DNA of 64,000 nt from Spirochaetia bacterium (GCA_965203905.1 CBDBDQ010000005.1:3200001-3264000), one strand, 5' to 3'. Counted from the first letter of the stretch, positions 19,550 through 29,371 are shown. Program-made: numbers and translations. The notes: generated by a model from the letters alone, not told the origin.

Positions 19550-20356
19550 TCAGGTGAAGGTCCTGGTCCCCCACCGAACCTGGCCGAGGATCTCGGCCCC
19601 GTCCGGCCAGGGTCGCGGTATCCGGCCAGGGTTGTCGCAGACGAGTTGCCAGCGCCCGGCGGCGTCCCGGCCGGCGCGCCTGACCACCAGCCCGTCGCCG
19701 GTGCGGACCGCGAACACGCGCCCCGAGCGGCGCCGGCGTTGTGCCAGGTTGACGAGGATCGTGGAGCCGACGTTCAGCGTAGGGTCCATGGAGTCGCCCG
19801 GAACGCGCATCACCGCGCACTGCGAGGCGTCGAGCCCATGCTGGTCGAGCCAGGAGCGGCGGAAGGCGAGGCAGCCGACTCGAGTCGAATCGCCGAGCAG
19901 TGCATCCCGAGGCGCCGCCAACCGGACCTCGTAGCAGTCGACGAAACGCGCTCCGGGGATCGCTCGCGGCTCCCGCGCCCACACCACGTCAGCCGCGAAG
20001 CGCTCGTCCTCGGCAGCGGCGGGCGCACCGCGGCCGAAGTCCGGTCCCCGGGCCACGAGCTCTCGCATTTCGGAGCGAAGGTCGTCCATCAGTTGCGTGA
20101 CCCACGGCGGCGGCGGTTCGCGTTCGCGGATGGCGGCCGCATCGCCGTCGCGGCCAGAAAGCCCCGGCCGCCGCGGGCCGACGTAGAACTCCAGTCCCAG
20201 TTCCTCGCACAGCGCCACCAGGGTCGACACCCGTACGTCCATACCTCGCTTGATGCTGCGAATGGCGCTCTCATGCCCCACCGCGGCAATGGACACGTCC
20301 CGACCCGAGCGTCCGCTGCGAGCGAGGGCCGCCAGGATGGCGTCCAGGTAGGTCAT
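19550..20356 (-). CDS. CI/LexA-like repressor: N-terminal HTH plus S24 peptidase-like domain
   Basis: N-terminal HTH (SGRDVSIAAVGHESAIRSIKRGMDVRVSTLVALCEELGLE). C-terminal RVPGDSMDPTL..GSTILV..FAVRTGDGLVVRR..LVCDNP. Confidence 0.82.
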   Translation of the reverse strand: MTYLDAILAALARSGRSGRDVSIAAVGHESAIRSIKRGMDVRVSTLVALCEELGLEFYVGPRRPGLSGRDGDAAAIREREPPPPWVTQLMDDLRSEMRELVARGPDFGRGAPAAAEDERFAADVVWAREPRAIPGARFVDCYEVRLAAPRDALLGDSTRVGCLAFRRSWLDQHGLDASQCAVMRVPGDSMDPTLNVGSTILVNLAQRRRRSGRVFAVRTGDGLVVRRAGRDAAGRWQLVCDNPGRIPRPWPDGAEILGQVRWGTRTFT

Positions 20357-20458
20357 ACGTGCCCTACAGTGTACTTCGATCCTCCTTCGGCGTACACGCG
20401 CCTGCGCTGGCAACGGTTCTGTGGACTTACGAGGACGATCCACGGTCCGACTCGCGAA

Positions 20459-20543
20459 TTGGCGAACTCCGACCGTCAATTTCACGAACTCTCTGCCGAT
20501 TTCACGAACTTCCCGCCGATTCGCGACTAATCGAGTCTCGATT
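20459..20543. repeat. 20-bp-period direct repeats plus a 15-bp palindrome between the divergent regulator genes (candidate operators)
   Basis: ATTTCACGAACT at 20479 and 20499, with degenerate units at about 20459 and 20519. AATCGAGTCTCGATT at 20529-20543 has perfect 7-bp arms. Confidence 0.65.
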
Positions 20544-20731
20544 TCCGAATTGAGGAAGTGCGCTCTCGATAAGTGAATTTTGGAAAAAGAGATAGCAGGG
20601 ATACGGGGCGCTGCATCTTACAGTGCCAAACGAGCCGGCGGTGACCATCACTTACGAAATCGCGTGCTCAGGCGCGGATTTTGGGCGGCGACGGCGTTGA
20701 CCGTCGAGTCATTTGTGCCCCACTGTGAGGC

Positions 20732-21007
20732 ATGAACGCCCTGAACGCCACCCTTGTGACCCTCGCCTCGGGGTACGCGCATTGGCGCGGCGTGAGCCTC
20801 TGGCGTGTCGGTCACCTCGCCGCCAGCCGCGGGTCCTTCTTCGTAGACCTCAGAGACGGACGCCGGCACTGCCAGACCAACACCTACAGCCGCGTGCTGC
20901 AGTGGTTCTCCGACAACTGGCCCACCGACCTGGAGTGGCCGGCGGAGGTTCAGCGGCCGCAGGCTTCCCGCGCCCCGCAGCGTGACGCGGTCGGCGCCGG
21001 TGCCTGA
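20732..21007 (+). CDS. Small Cro-like phage-type DNA-binding protein
   Basis: 91 aa, divergent from the CI-like gene. Contains VSLWRVGHLAASRGSFFVDLRDG and WFSDNWPTDLEWP, a pattern seen in Cro-position prophage proteins. GAGG RBS. Confidence 0.62.
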   Translation: MNALNATLVTLASGYAHWRGVSLWRVGHLAASRGSFFVDLRDGRRHCQTNTYSRVLQWFSDNWPTDLEWPAEVQRPQASRAPQRDAVGAGA

Positions 21008-21106
21008 TGCGAGCGGGCCCGCTCTGGCGTCCGTCGATTGAGACTCCCAACATTCTGAGAAGTACCCGCTAAGCCAGCGTAGCCCTCCCCCATCGGTCGT
21101 CGACTG

Positions 21107-22792
21107 TCAGCGGCGCAGGGAGACCGACAGCCGCTGGTGCAGGGCGGCGGCATCGGAAGCGGTGGTGAGGCGTTGCTCGCCGTCGCGGCTCATGGTGCGG
21201 GCGATCGCGGCGAGGATCTGCAGTTGCAGCCCTTCCTGACGCGCCGGGGTCAGGACCAGGAACACGAACTTGACCGGCTCGCCGTCCGGTGCGTCCCAGG
21301 CCACCCCATCCGGAGCTCGTCCGAACGCGATCAGCGGCCGGCGCAGGGTTTCGATCCGGGCATGCGGAACCGCGATACCGTGGCCGATGCCGGTCCCCTG
21401 CAGGCGCTCGCGCGTCTCGACCGCGGCAGTCAGGTCTTCGATGGACAGGTGGGTGGAGGGAGCGGCGGCACGGCACAGCTCCCGGATGGCGGCGAAGCGG
21501 TCCGTCGCGTCGAGCGCGGGGAGGATCGCGTTGCGCGCCAGAATCCGTGCCAAGTCGACCCGCTCGCGGCGCCGAATCGACCACGACAGCCACGGCGCCA
21601 CCAGCAGCGCCGAAGCGACTGCCGAGCACACGATGGCAACGAAGATCTGGGTGGAGATGATCTGGTACTCCAGCGCCACGCCCGCCACCACGATGCCGGT
21701 GACCCCGCTGGGGGTGAACGCGATGCCGATCGAGACCCGATCCTGGGGCGAGATGTCGCGCCCGAGGGCACCCAGCCAAGCGCCGAGGAACTTGGCCACG
21801 ATCGACACTCCGGTGACGAACAGGACCAGCAGGAGGTCAAAGTTGGCGATGAAGTCCAGGTGCAGGGCGAGCCCCGCGAAGTAGAGCGGGACGAAGATGG
21901 AGTGCACCATCTGGCCGATGATGTCGCGCGTGCGCTCGGTCAGGTGACGCGCCTCGCCGGCCATGATCCCCGCCAGGAAGAAGCCGAACAGCGCCGTGAG
22001 TCCTACCAGTTGCGTCAGCGCGCCGCAGGCCAGCCCCAGGCAGCACACGAAGGTAAGCACCGCCCCCGGATTCTGCTCGGTGCGGGAGCGCAGGCGTGAC
22101 ACGGCGGCGTCGACCAGACGCAGGCCGATGGTCACGGAGAAGGCGGTGAAGGCGAGCGTGAACAGCAGCAGGAAGGCGATCGAGCCGAGATTGACGGCGG
22201 CACTGGTGGCGACCGCCAGCACCATGCTGAACACGATCCAGGCCAGCACGTCGTTCACCGCGTAGCCGCACAGCGTCACCAGTCCCAGGTCGCTCTTCAC
22301 CAGGTCGAGGTCGTGCAGCACGCGGGCGATGATCACCATCGCGCTGATCGCCATGGTGGTGCCCAGAAAGAGGGCGAAGATGATGCGCCGGTCGGGATCC
22401 GCCAGCACCCGGTCGGGCAGCAGGAAGGAGAGCGCCGCGCCCACCAGCAACGGCACCAGCACGCCAATGATGCCGATACGCAGTGCCGGCCCCCGCGCGC
22501 GCCAGGCGGCGCTCACGTCCACGTGCAGGCCGGTCTCCAGCAGCAGGAACAGGACGCCGAACCAGGACACCACCTCCAGCATGCTGCGCTGCACCGCGTT
22601 GGGCGGAAACAGCATGTGGTGCAGTTCCGGAAACGCCCGGCCCAGCAGGGTCGGGCCGAGCAGCACGCCGACCAGGATCTCGCCCACGATCGGCGCCTGC
22701 CCGAAGTGGCGCAGCAGCTCGCCGGCACCGCGCGCCAGCACCAGCAACACGAACACCTGCACCAGGAATATCAGCAGGTTGTGCTCGGTCAT
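21107..22792 (-). CDS. Cation:proton antiporter (CPA2) fused to a C-terminal PTS EIIA domain
   Basis: QAPIVGEILVGVLLGPTLLG and about 12 TM segments. C-terminal RERLQGTGIGHGIAVPHAR with the EIIA(Ntr/Fru) phospho-His. Confidence 0.9.
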   Translation of the reverse strand: MTEHNLLIFLVQVFVLLVLARGAGELLRHFGQAPIVGEILVGVLLGPTLLGRAFPELHHMLFPPNAVQRSMLEVVSWFGVLFLLLETGLHVDVSAAWRARGPALRIGIIGVLVPLLVGAALSFLLPDRVLADPDRRIIFALFLGTTMAISAMVIIARVLHDLDLVKSDLGLVTLCGYAVNDVLAWIVFSMVLAVATSAAVNLGSIAFLLLFTLAFTAFSVTIGLRLVDAAVSRLRSRTEQNPGAVLTFVCCLGLACGALTQLVGLTALFGFFLAGIMAGEARHLTERTRDIIGQMVHSIFVPLYFAGLALHLDFIANFDLLLVLFVTGVSIVAKFLGAWLGALGRDISPQDRVSIGIAFTPSGVTGIVVAGVALEYQIISTQIFVAIVCSAVASALLVAPWLSWSIRRRERVDLARILARNAILPALDATDRFAAIRELCRAAAPSTHLSIEDLTAAVETRERLQGTGIGHGIAVPHARIETLRRPLIAFGRAPDGVAWDAPDGEPVKFVFLVLTPARQEGLQLQILAAIARTMSRDGEQRLTTASDAAALHQRLSVSLRR

Positions 22793-22839
22793 CGCTGCTT
22801 TCTTGTCTCAGTCACCGCGTACTGTGGGCGTGGGCGCGC

Positions 22840-24360
22840 TTACTCCACCGCCTGCAGCCGCCCTTCGACGACCGGGGCGACGGAGCCTTGCGCGGCGATG
22901 AATTCGATCACCTGGGTGGCCATCAGGGTGCCGGCGTAGGCATCGACCAGGCGCACCTTGTCCTCGAACACGTCGTAGCCGTCGCCGCCGTTGCCCATGT
23001 AGTCGTTGGTGGCCAGGGTGAGGGTGGCATCCGGGTCGAACGCCGTCCCGTCGCGAGTGACCTCGAGCACCCGTTCGCCACCCGGCCGGGCCGGGTCGTA
23101 GCGCACGCTGAGACCGGAAACGTGGGGAAAGCGGCCGGCCCCCTCCTCGATCTGGCTGAGGCCGTTCTCCAGGGCCGCGACGACGTCGCGCCCGGTGAGC
23201 TGCAGCACCACCGTCTTGTTCCCGAACGGCAGTTCGCTCAGGATGTCGCGCCGGGTCAGCGTGGTGCCCGGCGGATACACCTTGTTGGCCCGGATGCCGC
23301 CGCCGTTGGTCACGGCGACGTCGGCGCCGGTGGCCGCACGCAGTGCGTCTGCGATCAGATTGCCGATCGCCGCCTCCTTGCCGCGGATGGTGGCGCGCCG
23401 GCTGTCGAGCTCCGTGGCGGTGGTGCCGATCTCGACGTCGAGCTCTTCCGAGAGCTGGTCGAGGTAGAACCGGGCCGCCGCGGCGAGTTCCGCGTCCGGC
23501 GTCACGCGCGCGGTGTTGATGATGCGGAAGGAAGGGCTCCAGGTGAAGCGCATGCTGCCGCGGCGCTCCACCTCGTCGAGGGTGAGGTCGATGACCGTCA
23601 CCCAGTCGGCCTGCTCGCCCGACTCCGCGAACAGCACGTCGCCGCTGAAGTCGAGGCGGAGCTGGTGGTCGTCGCCGCTGAGCAGCATGTCCACCGCGCC
23701 CTGTCGCCGCAACGCATCGTCTTCGCCGGTGTCGGTGTGCGCCAGCGCGATCACCAGGTCGGCGCCGGCCTCGCGCAGCGCCGCGCTCTGCTCGGCCGCC
23801 ACCTCCTCGACCGGCCGGAAGGTCACCGCGCCGGGACTGGACTTGACCGCGGTCCCGAGCGTGGTGAGCCCGAAGATGCCGACCTGGTAGGGGCCCACCG
23901 GCACCAGGATCGACGCCTGGGCGCCGTCGATGATCTCGCCGTCGCTGTCGATGTTGTTCGCACCCAGCATCGGAAAATTCGCCTCGGCGATGCGTTGCCT
24001 GGCGACCTCCGGCCCGAAGTCGTACTCGTGATTGCCGATCGCCATGGCGCTGAGGCCGAGCCGGTTCAGGAGCTCGATCATGTGGGCGCCCTGGTCGAAA
24101 CCGGACATCAGCGACGGAGAGATGGCGTCGCCGGCAAAGGTAACGATGACGTTCTCCTTGCTCGCCCGTTCGCCATTGATCACCGCCGCCAGCCGGGCGA
24201 TGCCACCCTGACCGCCGCTCTCCTCCATGCGGTCCAGGTCGTTGAAGTGCACGATGGTCAACTCGACCGGCTCGGCCACGACGTTGCCGGCGACCAGCAG
24301 CATCGCGACGAAGGCCGCCGCGGCCAACGTGCGGGAGATCCGGTGTCCAGTCCTATCCAT
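22840..24360 (-). CDS. Periplasmic 5'-nucleotidase / bifunctional metallophosphoesterase
   Basis: Signal peptide, HFND, AGD, GNHEYD, NGGGIRA, LPFGN, GRFPHVSG, GGDGY. Confidence 0.92.
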   Translation of the reverse strand: MDRTGHRISRTLAAAAFVAMLLVAGNVVAEPVELTIVHFNDLDRMEESGGQGGIARLAAVINGERASKENVIVTFAGDAISPSLMSGFDQGAHMIELLNRLGLSAMAIGNHEYDFGPEVARQRIAEANFPMLGANNIDSDGEIIDGAQASILVPVGPYQVGIFGLTTLGTAVKSSPGAVTFRPVEEVAAEQSAALREAGADLVIALAHTDTGEDDALRRQGAVDMLLSGDDHQLRLDFSGDVLFAESGEQADWVTVIDLTLDEVERRGSMRFTWSPSFRIINTARVTPDAELAAAARFYLDQLSEELDVEIGTTATELDSRRATIRGKEAAIGNLIADALRAATGADVAVTNGGGIRANKVYPPGTTLTRRDILSELPFGNKTVVLQLTGRDVVAALENGLSQIEEGAGRFPHVSGLSVRYDPARPGGERVLEVTRDGTAFDPDATLTLATNDYMGNGGDGYDVFEDKVRLVDAYAGTLMATQVIEFIAAQGSVAPVVEGRLQAVE

Positions 24361-24580
24361 GAGAAGAATCCTCCGTTGTTCGATTGTCGGGTGCGAGGCA
24401 AGGCGGCAGCGGACCGCCCCAGGCTTGCAGCTACTCTACCGGCACGGAGGCCGGCCTGCAACGATTGGCGTGCGAGGATCGGAGTGGAATGAACTCCTCA
24501 CAGTTGCACCTGCACGATGGCTGGGCGCTGCCCTGGTCACCAGTGACCGCGCGAATTCGGGCGGATGCCGGAGCTGCGCG

Positions 24581-26470
24581 TCAGAAATCGAGTGCCGGCA
24601 GGTAGCCGCTGGGTTGCAGCGCGTTGGGGCGGTGGCGCGGTGCTATTACGGGGACGTTGTTGCCGGCTCCCCAGATCTGCCAGCTCGATTCGTTGATCAG
24701 CAGCAGGCAGCCGCACCCGTAGCGCGGCAGGTCCAGCACCGTGAGGTGGCGCACCCGGCCGCAGCGCTCGGGAAACGGCCGCACCAGGCGGCCGGTGAGA
24801 GGATCGAGGATGCCGCTGCGGTTCACCACCAGGTCGCTGCCGGCGGTGCCCCACGGCAGCGGACGGTTGCCCGCCTCGGCCGCCATCTCCACCCAGCGGC
24901 TGATCAGCTCCAGCCGGTGGTCGAGCAGCACGGTGATGCCGGGCTCGCGCCACTGGGTGACGGCCAGGAGCTGCGGTTCGGGACGCCCCGGAATGAAGCG
25001 GCCCAGCGCGTAGTGCTGAACGTGGCCCCACTTGAGCTGGGTGCGGATGACGCCGGTGCGCGGCTCGATCTCCATCAGCCCCTCCTCGCCGGCGGCGACG
25101 TAGAAGCGCGGCTCGGCGTGCAGGGCGAACAGCCCGATGGCGTCGGAGTGGTCCGGCAGGTCCAGCGACCAAACCGTCTCGCCGGCGGGCGAGAGCAGCG
25201 TGCGGCTGGCGAACAGGTAGTCCGGCTCGCCGGCCCTGAGCTGTACCGGCAGCGGGAAGTGGCCCGTGTTCAGGGCCCGATGCCAGCGCAATTCCAGGTG
25301 GCGGTCGTACAGCCACAGGTTCCAGTAGCGATCCTTCACGTAGAAGCCCGGGGGCTGTCCCACCTCGGTGAGGACGGGGCAGATGGCATCGCCCAGCAGC
25401 CGTTGGTGCGGATAATCGGCGTGCTCGCGGTAGGGGTTGGCCGGCGGCGCGTCCACCGTGGCGCGGTGCGCGCCGCTCACCGCGTCGTGGACGTGGATCC
25501 CGAAGTCGGCTGTGAACACCAGCTCGCGCCTGCCGTCGCCGTCGATGTCGAAGCTGCACAGCGGCAGGTCGCCGCCCTGGCTCAAGGGAAACCGGAACGG
25601 CCCCAGCCGCCAGCGGGCGCCTTCGATCAGGTGCTGGCAGTGGACCTCGGTGCCGTGATCGGCATCGGCCAGCAGCTCCGGCAGCCCGTCTCCGTCCAGG
25701 TCCTGAAACAGCACCCGGCTGCGGCACAACGCTTCATCCAGAGCACCCTCGGCCAGCAGCTTCATCTCCGGGGGCTCCGGCAGCGGCAGCTCGGACTGCC
25801 GGACCCGGTGGCCGGTGACCTGCACCGGTCCGTAGGTCGACTCGCCGCTGCACACCAGGGCGCCCCTGCCGTGGGTGTAGCGGCCGTCGACGACGCGGAC
25901 GGTCGGTCCGTCCACCAGCCCCGCCTGCAGCTCGCTGCCTGCGACCCGGATCAGCATGCGGTACTCGGGCAGCGGCGCGGCCAGCGGCACCTGGGCCAGC
26001 ACCTGGTGGCAGTCGCCGCTACGCCGCACCAGCCGCAGGCCGGCACCGTCCTCGACCGTGAGCGCGTAGTAGTGGCGGCCGTCCTGGTAGCGGAACGCAA
26101 CCCCGGTGGGTCCGTCGCAGCCGCCGCTGCAACTGGCGCGCAACTCGTAGTCGGTCCAGCGCCAGTCGCCGAAGGCGAGGGTAGGGGTCGGCGGATACTG
26201 GATCGTCACGTACGGATCGATGGCGCCGCACTCGTCCAGCATCCGCTGCCGCCGGCTCTCCCGCTCGCGCGCGCAACTGCGGATCTGGCGTACCCGGCTG
26301 CCCTCGATGATCCAGTTGGGGGCGTCCCAGTTGGACAGCAACGACTCCTCGCGCACCGCCGCGCGCGAGAACGTGTCGTCCGCCCGGCGCACGGCCAGCT
26401 CCTCGGTGCGCAGCCGGTCGAAGCGCAGGTCGAAGCTGAAACGCTCGGTGCTCAGGGTTGCAAGGTTCAT
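24581..26470 (-). CDS. Lectin-like (DUF1080-like) plus FG-GAP-repeat protein, putative carbohydrate-active enzyme
   Basis: GDWRWTDY..GVAFRYQDGRHYY beta-sandwich pattern, then DLDGDGLPE and DIDGDGRRE repeats and GHFP. Start at ATG 26470. Confidence 0.65.
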   Translation of the reverse strand: MNLATLSTERFSFDLRFDRLRTEELAVRRADDTFSRAAVREESLLSNWDAPNWIIEGSRVRQIRSCARERESRRQRMLDECGAIDPYVTIQYPPTPTLAFGDWRWTDYELRASCSGGCDGPTGVAFRYQDGRHYYALTVEDGAGLRLVRRSGDCHQVLAQVPLAAPLPEYRMLIRVAGSELQAGLVDGPTVRVVDGRYTHGRGALVCSGESTYGPVQVTGHRVRQSELPLPEPPEMKLLAEGALDEALCRSRVLFQDLDGDGLPELLADADHGTEVHCQHLIEGARWRLGPFRFPLSQGGDLPLCSFDIDGDGRRELVFTADFGIHVHDAVSGAHRATVDAPPANPYREHADYPHQRLLGDAICPVLTEVGQPPGFYVKDRYWNLWLYDRHLELRWHRALNTGHFPLPVQLRAGEPDYLFASRTLLSPAGETVWSLDLPDHSDAIGLFALHAEPRFYVAAGEEGLMEIEPRTGVIRTQLKWGHVQHYALGRFIPGRPEPQLLAVTQWREPGITVLLDHRLELISRWVEMAAEAGNRPLPWGTAGSDLVVNRSGILDPLTGRLVRPFPERCGRVRHLTVLDLPRYGCGCLLLINESSWQIWGAGNNVPVIAPRHRPNALQPSGYLPALDF

Positions 26471-26508
26471 GAGAGTCGATGCCGGACGGGGACCGCAGTG
26501 CGGTGCGG

Positions 26509-27789
26509 TCAGTCCTGGGGGCGGCGGCTGCCGTGGCTGAGGCGGCCGGTGGGGCCGTAGAAGGGGTCGCCGGGGTCCAGCGGCAGGGAAACCGGGCGCC
26601 GCTGCTCGGCGGAGCTGTACATGGCGCGCACCAGCTCGACGTGGTGGCGTGGCGCCTCGATCGGGACCAGTGGCTCGCTGCCCGTGGCGATGCACTCGAG
26701 GAACAGCCGACTCTGGTACGCCTCGGTGGCGCGGGCGGGGACGTCCGCGACTCCGTTGCGGAGATCCTCCAGCCGCTGCAGGGCGCTGTCGTCGCCGCTG
26801 CCGAACCTGCCCGCTTCGCTGGAGCCGAAGCTGGCGTCCGCTTCCCAGTAGCGGTCGCGGCCCTGGAACGGGCTGGCCGGCGGCGAGAAGTAGGCCTCGC
26901 CCACCAGCAGCGAGGCGTCGTGGCCGAGAATCTCGAAGCGTCCCTCGGGTGTCAGCGGCTGCTTGTGGTTGAGCAGCGATGCGTGCAGCATGCCGCCGGC
27001 GCCGTTGGCGAAGCGCAGCAGCGCCTGGGTCAGGCTCTCGGTCTCGAGGCGGCGGAGTTGCGGCGCGGCGTAGGCGAACACCTCCACCACCGGCGAGCCG
27101 ACCACCCACAGGAACGGGTCGATGATGTAGCGACCGTGGTGGAAGGCGGCGCCGCCGCCCTCGCCGTCCCAGGTGCCGTGCCAACCGCGATAGTAGCCCT
27201 GGCCCCGGAACCAGTTGAGCTCCACCCGCGCGCTGCCCATCGTCCCCAGTGCGCCGCTCTCCACGGCCCGCCGTGCCAGCACCATGTCACGCGGGTAGCG
27301 GGCCCCGCACTGCGAGTGGAACTGCACGCCGGCGGCCCGCACCGCGGCCACCATGGCATCGGCGTCCGCCAGGTTGGTGGCCATCGGTCCCTGGATGAAG
27401 ACGTGCTTGCCGGCCTCGGCCGCGGCCACGGTCGGCTCGCGCCGCACCGGCGGCGCGGTCAGCACCACCAGCGCGTCCACTTCCGCCTCGCGCAGCAGGT
27501 GCTCGTGGTCGCGGTACCGTGGGACCGGCGCCGCCGCCGCGGTGGCCGCCGCCCGCTCCCGCCGCTGCAGCCGATCGCGCGCCGCCTCGTCGCGCGTCTC
27601 CCTGGCCGCGTAGCGGGCGGCGTGGGCCTCGGCCGCGTACGCCTCGCGCATGGCGGCGGCGCGGTTCGCGGCCAGCTCGGTCACCGGATCGGCCACCGCC
27701 ACCACCTGGGCGATGTCCACCAGCTCGGCGTACAGGTCGCAGTACATCCTTGAGATGCCGCCGCACCCCACCATGCCTACTCGTACCAT
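26509..27789 (-). CDS. Gfo/Idh/MocA family oxidoreductase
   Basis: RVGMVGCGGI Rossmann motif, AGKHVFIQGP (variant of EKP), EGGG. Confidence 0.88.
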   Translation of the reverse strand: MVRVGMVGCGGISRMYCDLYAELVDIAQVVAVADPVTELAANRAAAMREAYAAEAHAARYAARETRDEAARDRLQRRERAAATAAAAPVPRYRDHEHLLREAEVDALVVLTAPPVRREPTVAAAEAGKHVFIQGPMATNLADADAMVAAVRAAGVQFHSQCGARYPRDMVLARRAVESGALGTMGSARVELNWFRGQGYYRGWHGTWDGEGGGAAFHHGRYIIDPFLWVVGSPVVEVFAYAAPQLRRLETESLTQALLRFANGAGGMLHASLLNHKQPLTPEGRFEILGHDASLLVGEAYFSPPASPFQGRDRYWEADASFGSSEAGRFGSGDDSALQRLEDLRNGVADVPARATEAYQSRLFLECIATGSEPLVPIEAPRHHVELVRAMYSSAEQRRPVSLPLDPGDPFYGPTGRLSHGSRRPQD

Positions 27790-27817
27790 GGGCGCTCCTC
27801 CGGACTCGGTCGTCCCG

Positions 27818-28942
27818 TCAACCCTCCGCCAGCCAGGCCGCGTAGGGATTCTCGCGGTTCACCAGCGGAAAGCTGACCCGAGTGCCGAGGCGGTTCGACT
27901 CGTGCACCGCCATGATCATCTCCAGGGTTGCGCGCGAGTCGGCACCCGAGGAGACTTCCCGGATCTCGCGATCGTCGTCGATCGCGGCCAGCAGCTCGTT
28001 TATGATGATGAGGTTGCTGGCCAGGCCGCTGTTCTGCCGCTCCCATTCGGGAATCCGGATTCGCTCCCATGGCCGGGTCTCGGTGTCCGGTATCCACAGG
28101 TCGTGACGGTGCAGGTACAGCTCCCCACCCGGCGAGTTGCGCACCGAGACGATGCCCTTGGTGCCGTACACCTCGAATCCCAGGTAGCGGTTGTGATCGT
28201 TCGCCTCCGCCGGGAAGCCCTGGAACGACTCGTAGTGGGCGGTGAGGCCGTTCTCGAACACGTAGTAGCCGGCCACGCGGTTGCCGGCCAGCAGGCCAAC
28301 ACCCTCGTCACCCTCCTTGATGTCCGCCTTGGTGACGGGGCGTCCGTCCTGCGTCACGTGGCCGTGGGCCCAGGCCACGTCGCTGCCGGCGACGTAACGC
28401 ATGCCGTCCAGGATGTGGGTGCCGAGGATCATCAGGTCCAGCGACCCGGCGCGGTGGTCGCCCTTGCCGTGCCCGCGCAGCACCTGGATCTCGCCGATCG
28501 CGCCGGAGTCGACGACCTGCTTGAGGCGCTGCTCATGCGCCGCCGCGCGCCGGTGTGCCACCACGACCCGCACCCCGTGGCGGTCGCAGGCGTCCATCAT
28601 GGCGTCGGCGTCGGCCAGCGTGGCGGCGAACGGCTTCTCGCAGAAGATGCCCTTGACCCCGGCCTCCGCCGCGGCCACCACCATGTCGCGGCGCTGATCG
28701 GTCCAGCGCGGGCATACCGCCACCACGTCGAGCCGCTCGCGGCTCAGCATCTCGCGGTAGTCGAGGTAGTGGTTGTCGGCCCCGAACCGGCGCGCCGCCT
28801 CGGTGCCCCCCGCCTGATCCGCATCCGCGACCGCGACTACCGGGGTGCGCTCCAGGGCGACAAAGCCATCTCCCAGACCGTGGCCGTAGTTGCCGCGGCC
28901 GGTGGCGCCGATGACCCCGGCGCGCAGGGTTGTCTCGCTCAT
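27818..28942 (-). CDS. Gfo/Idh/MocA family oxidoreductase
   Basis: AGVIGATGRGNYGH, IFCEKP, GTHILD. Start at ATG 28942. Confidence 0.9.
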   Translation of the reverse strand: MSETTLRAGVIGATGRGNYGHGLGDGFVALERTPVVAVADADQAGGTEAARRFGADNHYLDYREMLSRERLDVVAVCPRWTDQRRDMVVAAAEAGVKGIFCEKPFAATLADADAMMDACDRHGVRVVVAHRRAAAHEQRLKQVVDSGAIGEIQVLRGHGKGDHRAGSLDLMILGTHILDGMRYVAGSDVAWAHGHVTQDGRPVTKADIKEGDEGVGLLAGNRVAGYYVFENGLTAHYESFQGFPAEANDHNRYLGFEVYGTKGIVSVRNSPGGELYLHRHDLWIPDTETRPWERIRIPEWERQNSGLASNLIIINELLAAIDDDREIREVSSGADSRATLEMIMAVHESNRLGTRVSFPLVNRENPYAAWLAEG

Positions 28943-29022
28943 CTCGTGACAGAGGGTAGCCGGGTAGGGCGTCTCGTGTACACGCAGCTCCGCCGCAGCC
29001 GGCACGTGCTACCATGGCGGCC

Positions 29023-29322
29023 ATGGGTCAGTGTCACTCCTGCGGTGTCGAGCTGCCTGCCGACCTGCCGATCTTTCGCGAGACCGAGTGCCCCGACTGC
29101 AGCAAACCGCTCAAGGTGTGCCTGAACTGCACGTTCTACGAGCGCGGCGCGCAGTGGGACTGTCGCGAGACGATCGCGGAACCGGTGCGGGAGAAGGATC
29201 GCGCCAACTTCTGCGACTACTTCCGCCTGCGCAGCGGGCCACGCGCCGGCGGTGGCTCGGCAGGAGCGGAGCAGCGCCGGGCGCAGCAGGCACGCAGCGA
29301 CTTCGACAAGCTGTTCGGGTAG
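29023..29322 (+). CDS. Multi-CxxC zinc-binding conserved protein
   Basis: CHSC, CPDC, CLNC..Y, C.E...E.V..KDRANFCDYF and FDKLF terminus. TACCAT -10 box 7 nt upstream of ATG 29023. Confidence 0.78.
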   Translation: MGQCHSCGVELPADLPIFRETECPDCSKPLKVCLNCTFYERGAQWDCRETIAEPVREKDRANFCDYFRLRSGPRAGGGSAGAEQRRAQQARSDFDKLFG

Positions 29323-29371
29323 CGCCCCACAACCGCCGCCGGTCGTGCCGTGGTCGGCGGGTCGGGAGCTC

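Noticed and set aside
20459-20543. Possible mini-CRISPR array
   Set aside because: Period is only 20 bp with about 8-bp variable parts, there are two good copies, and no cas genes are present.
19550-21007. Prophage
   Set aside because: No integrase, replication, terminase, structural or lysis genes, and no att-like repeats were seen.
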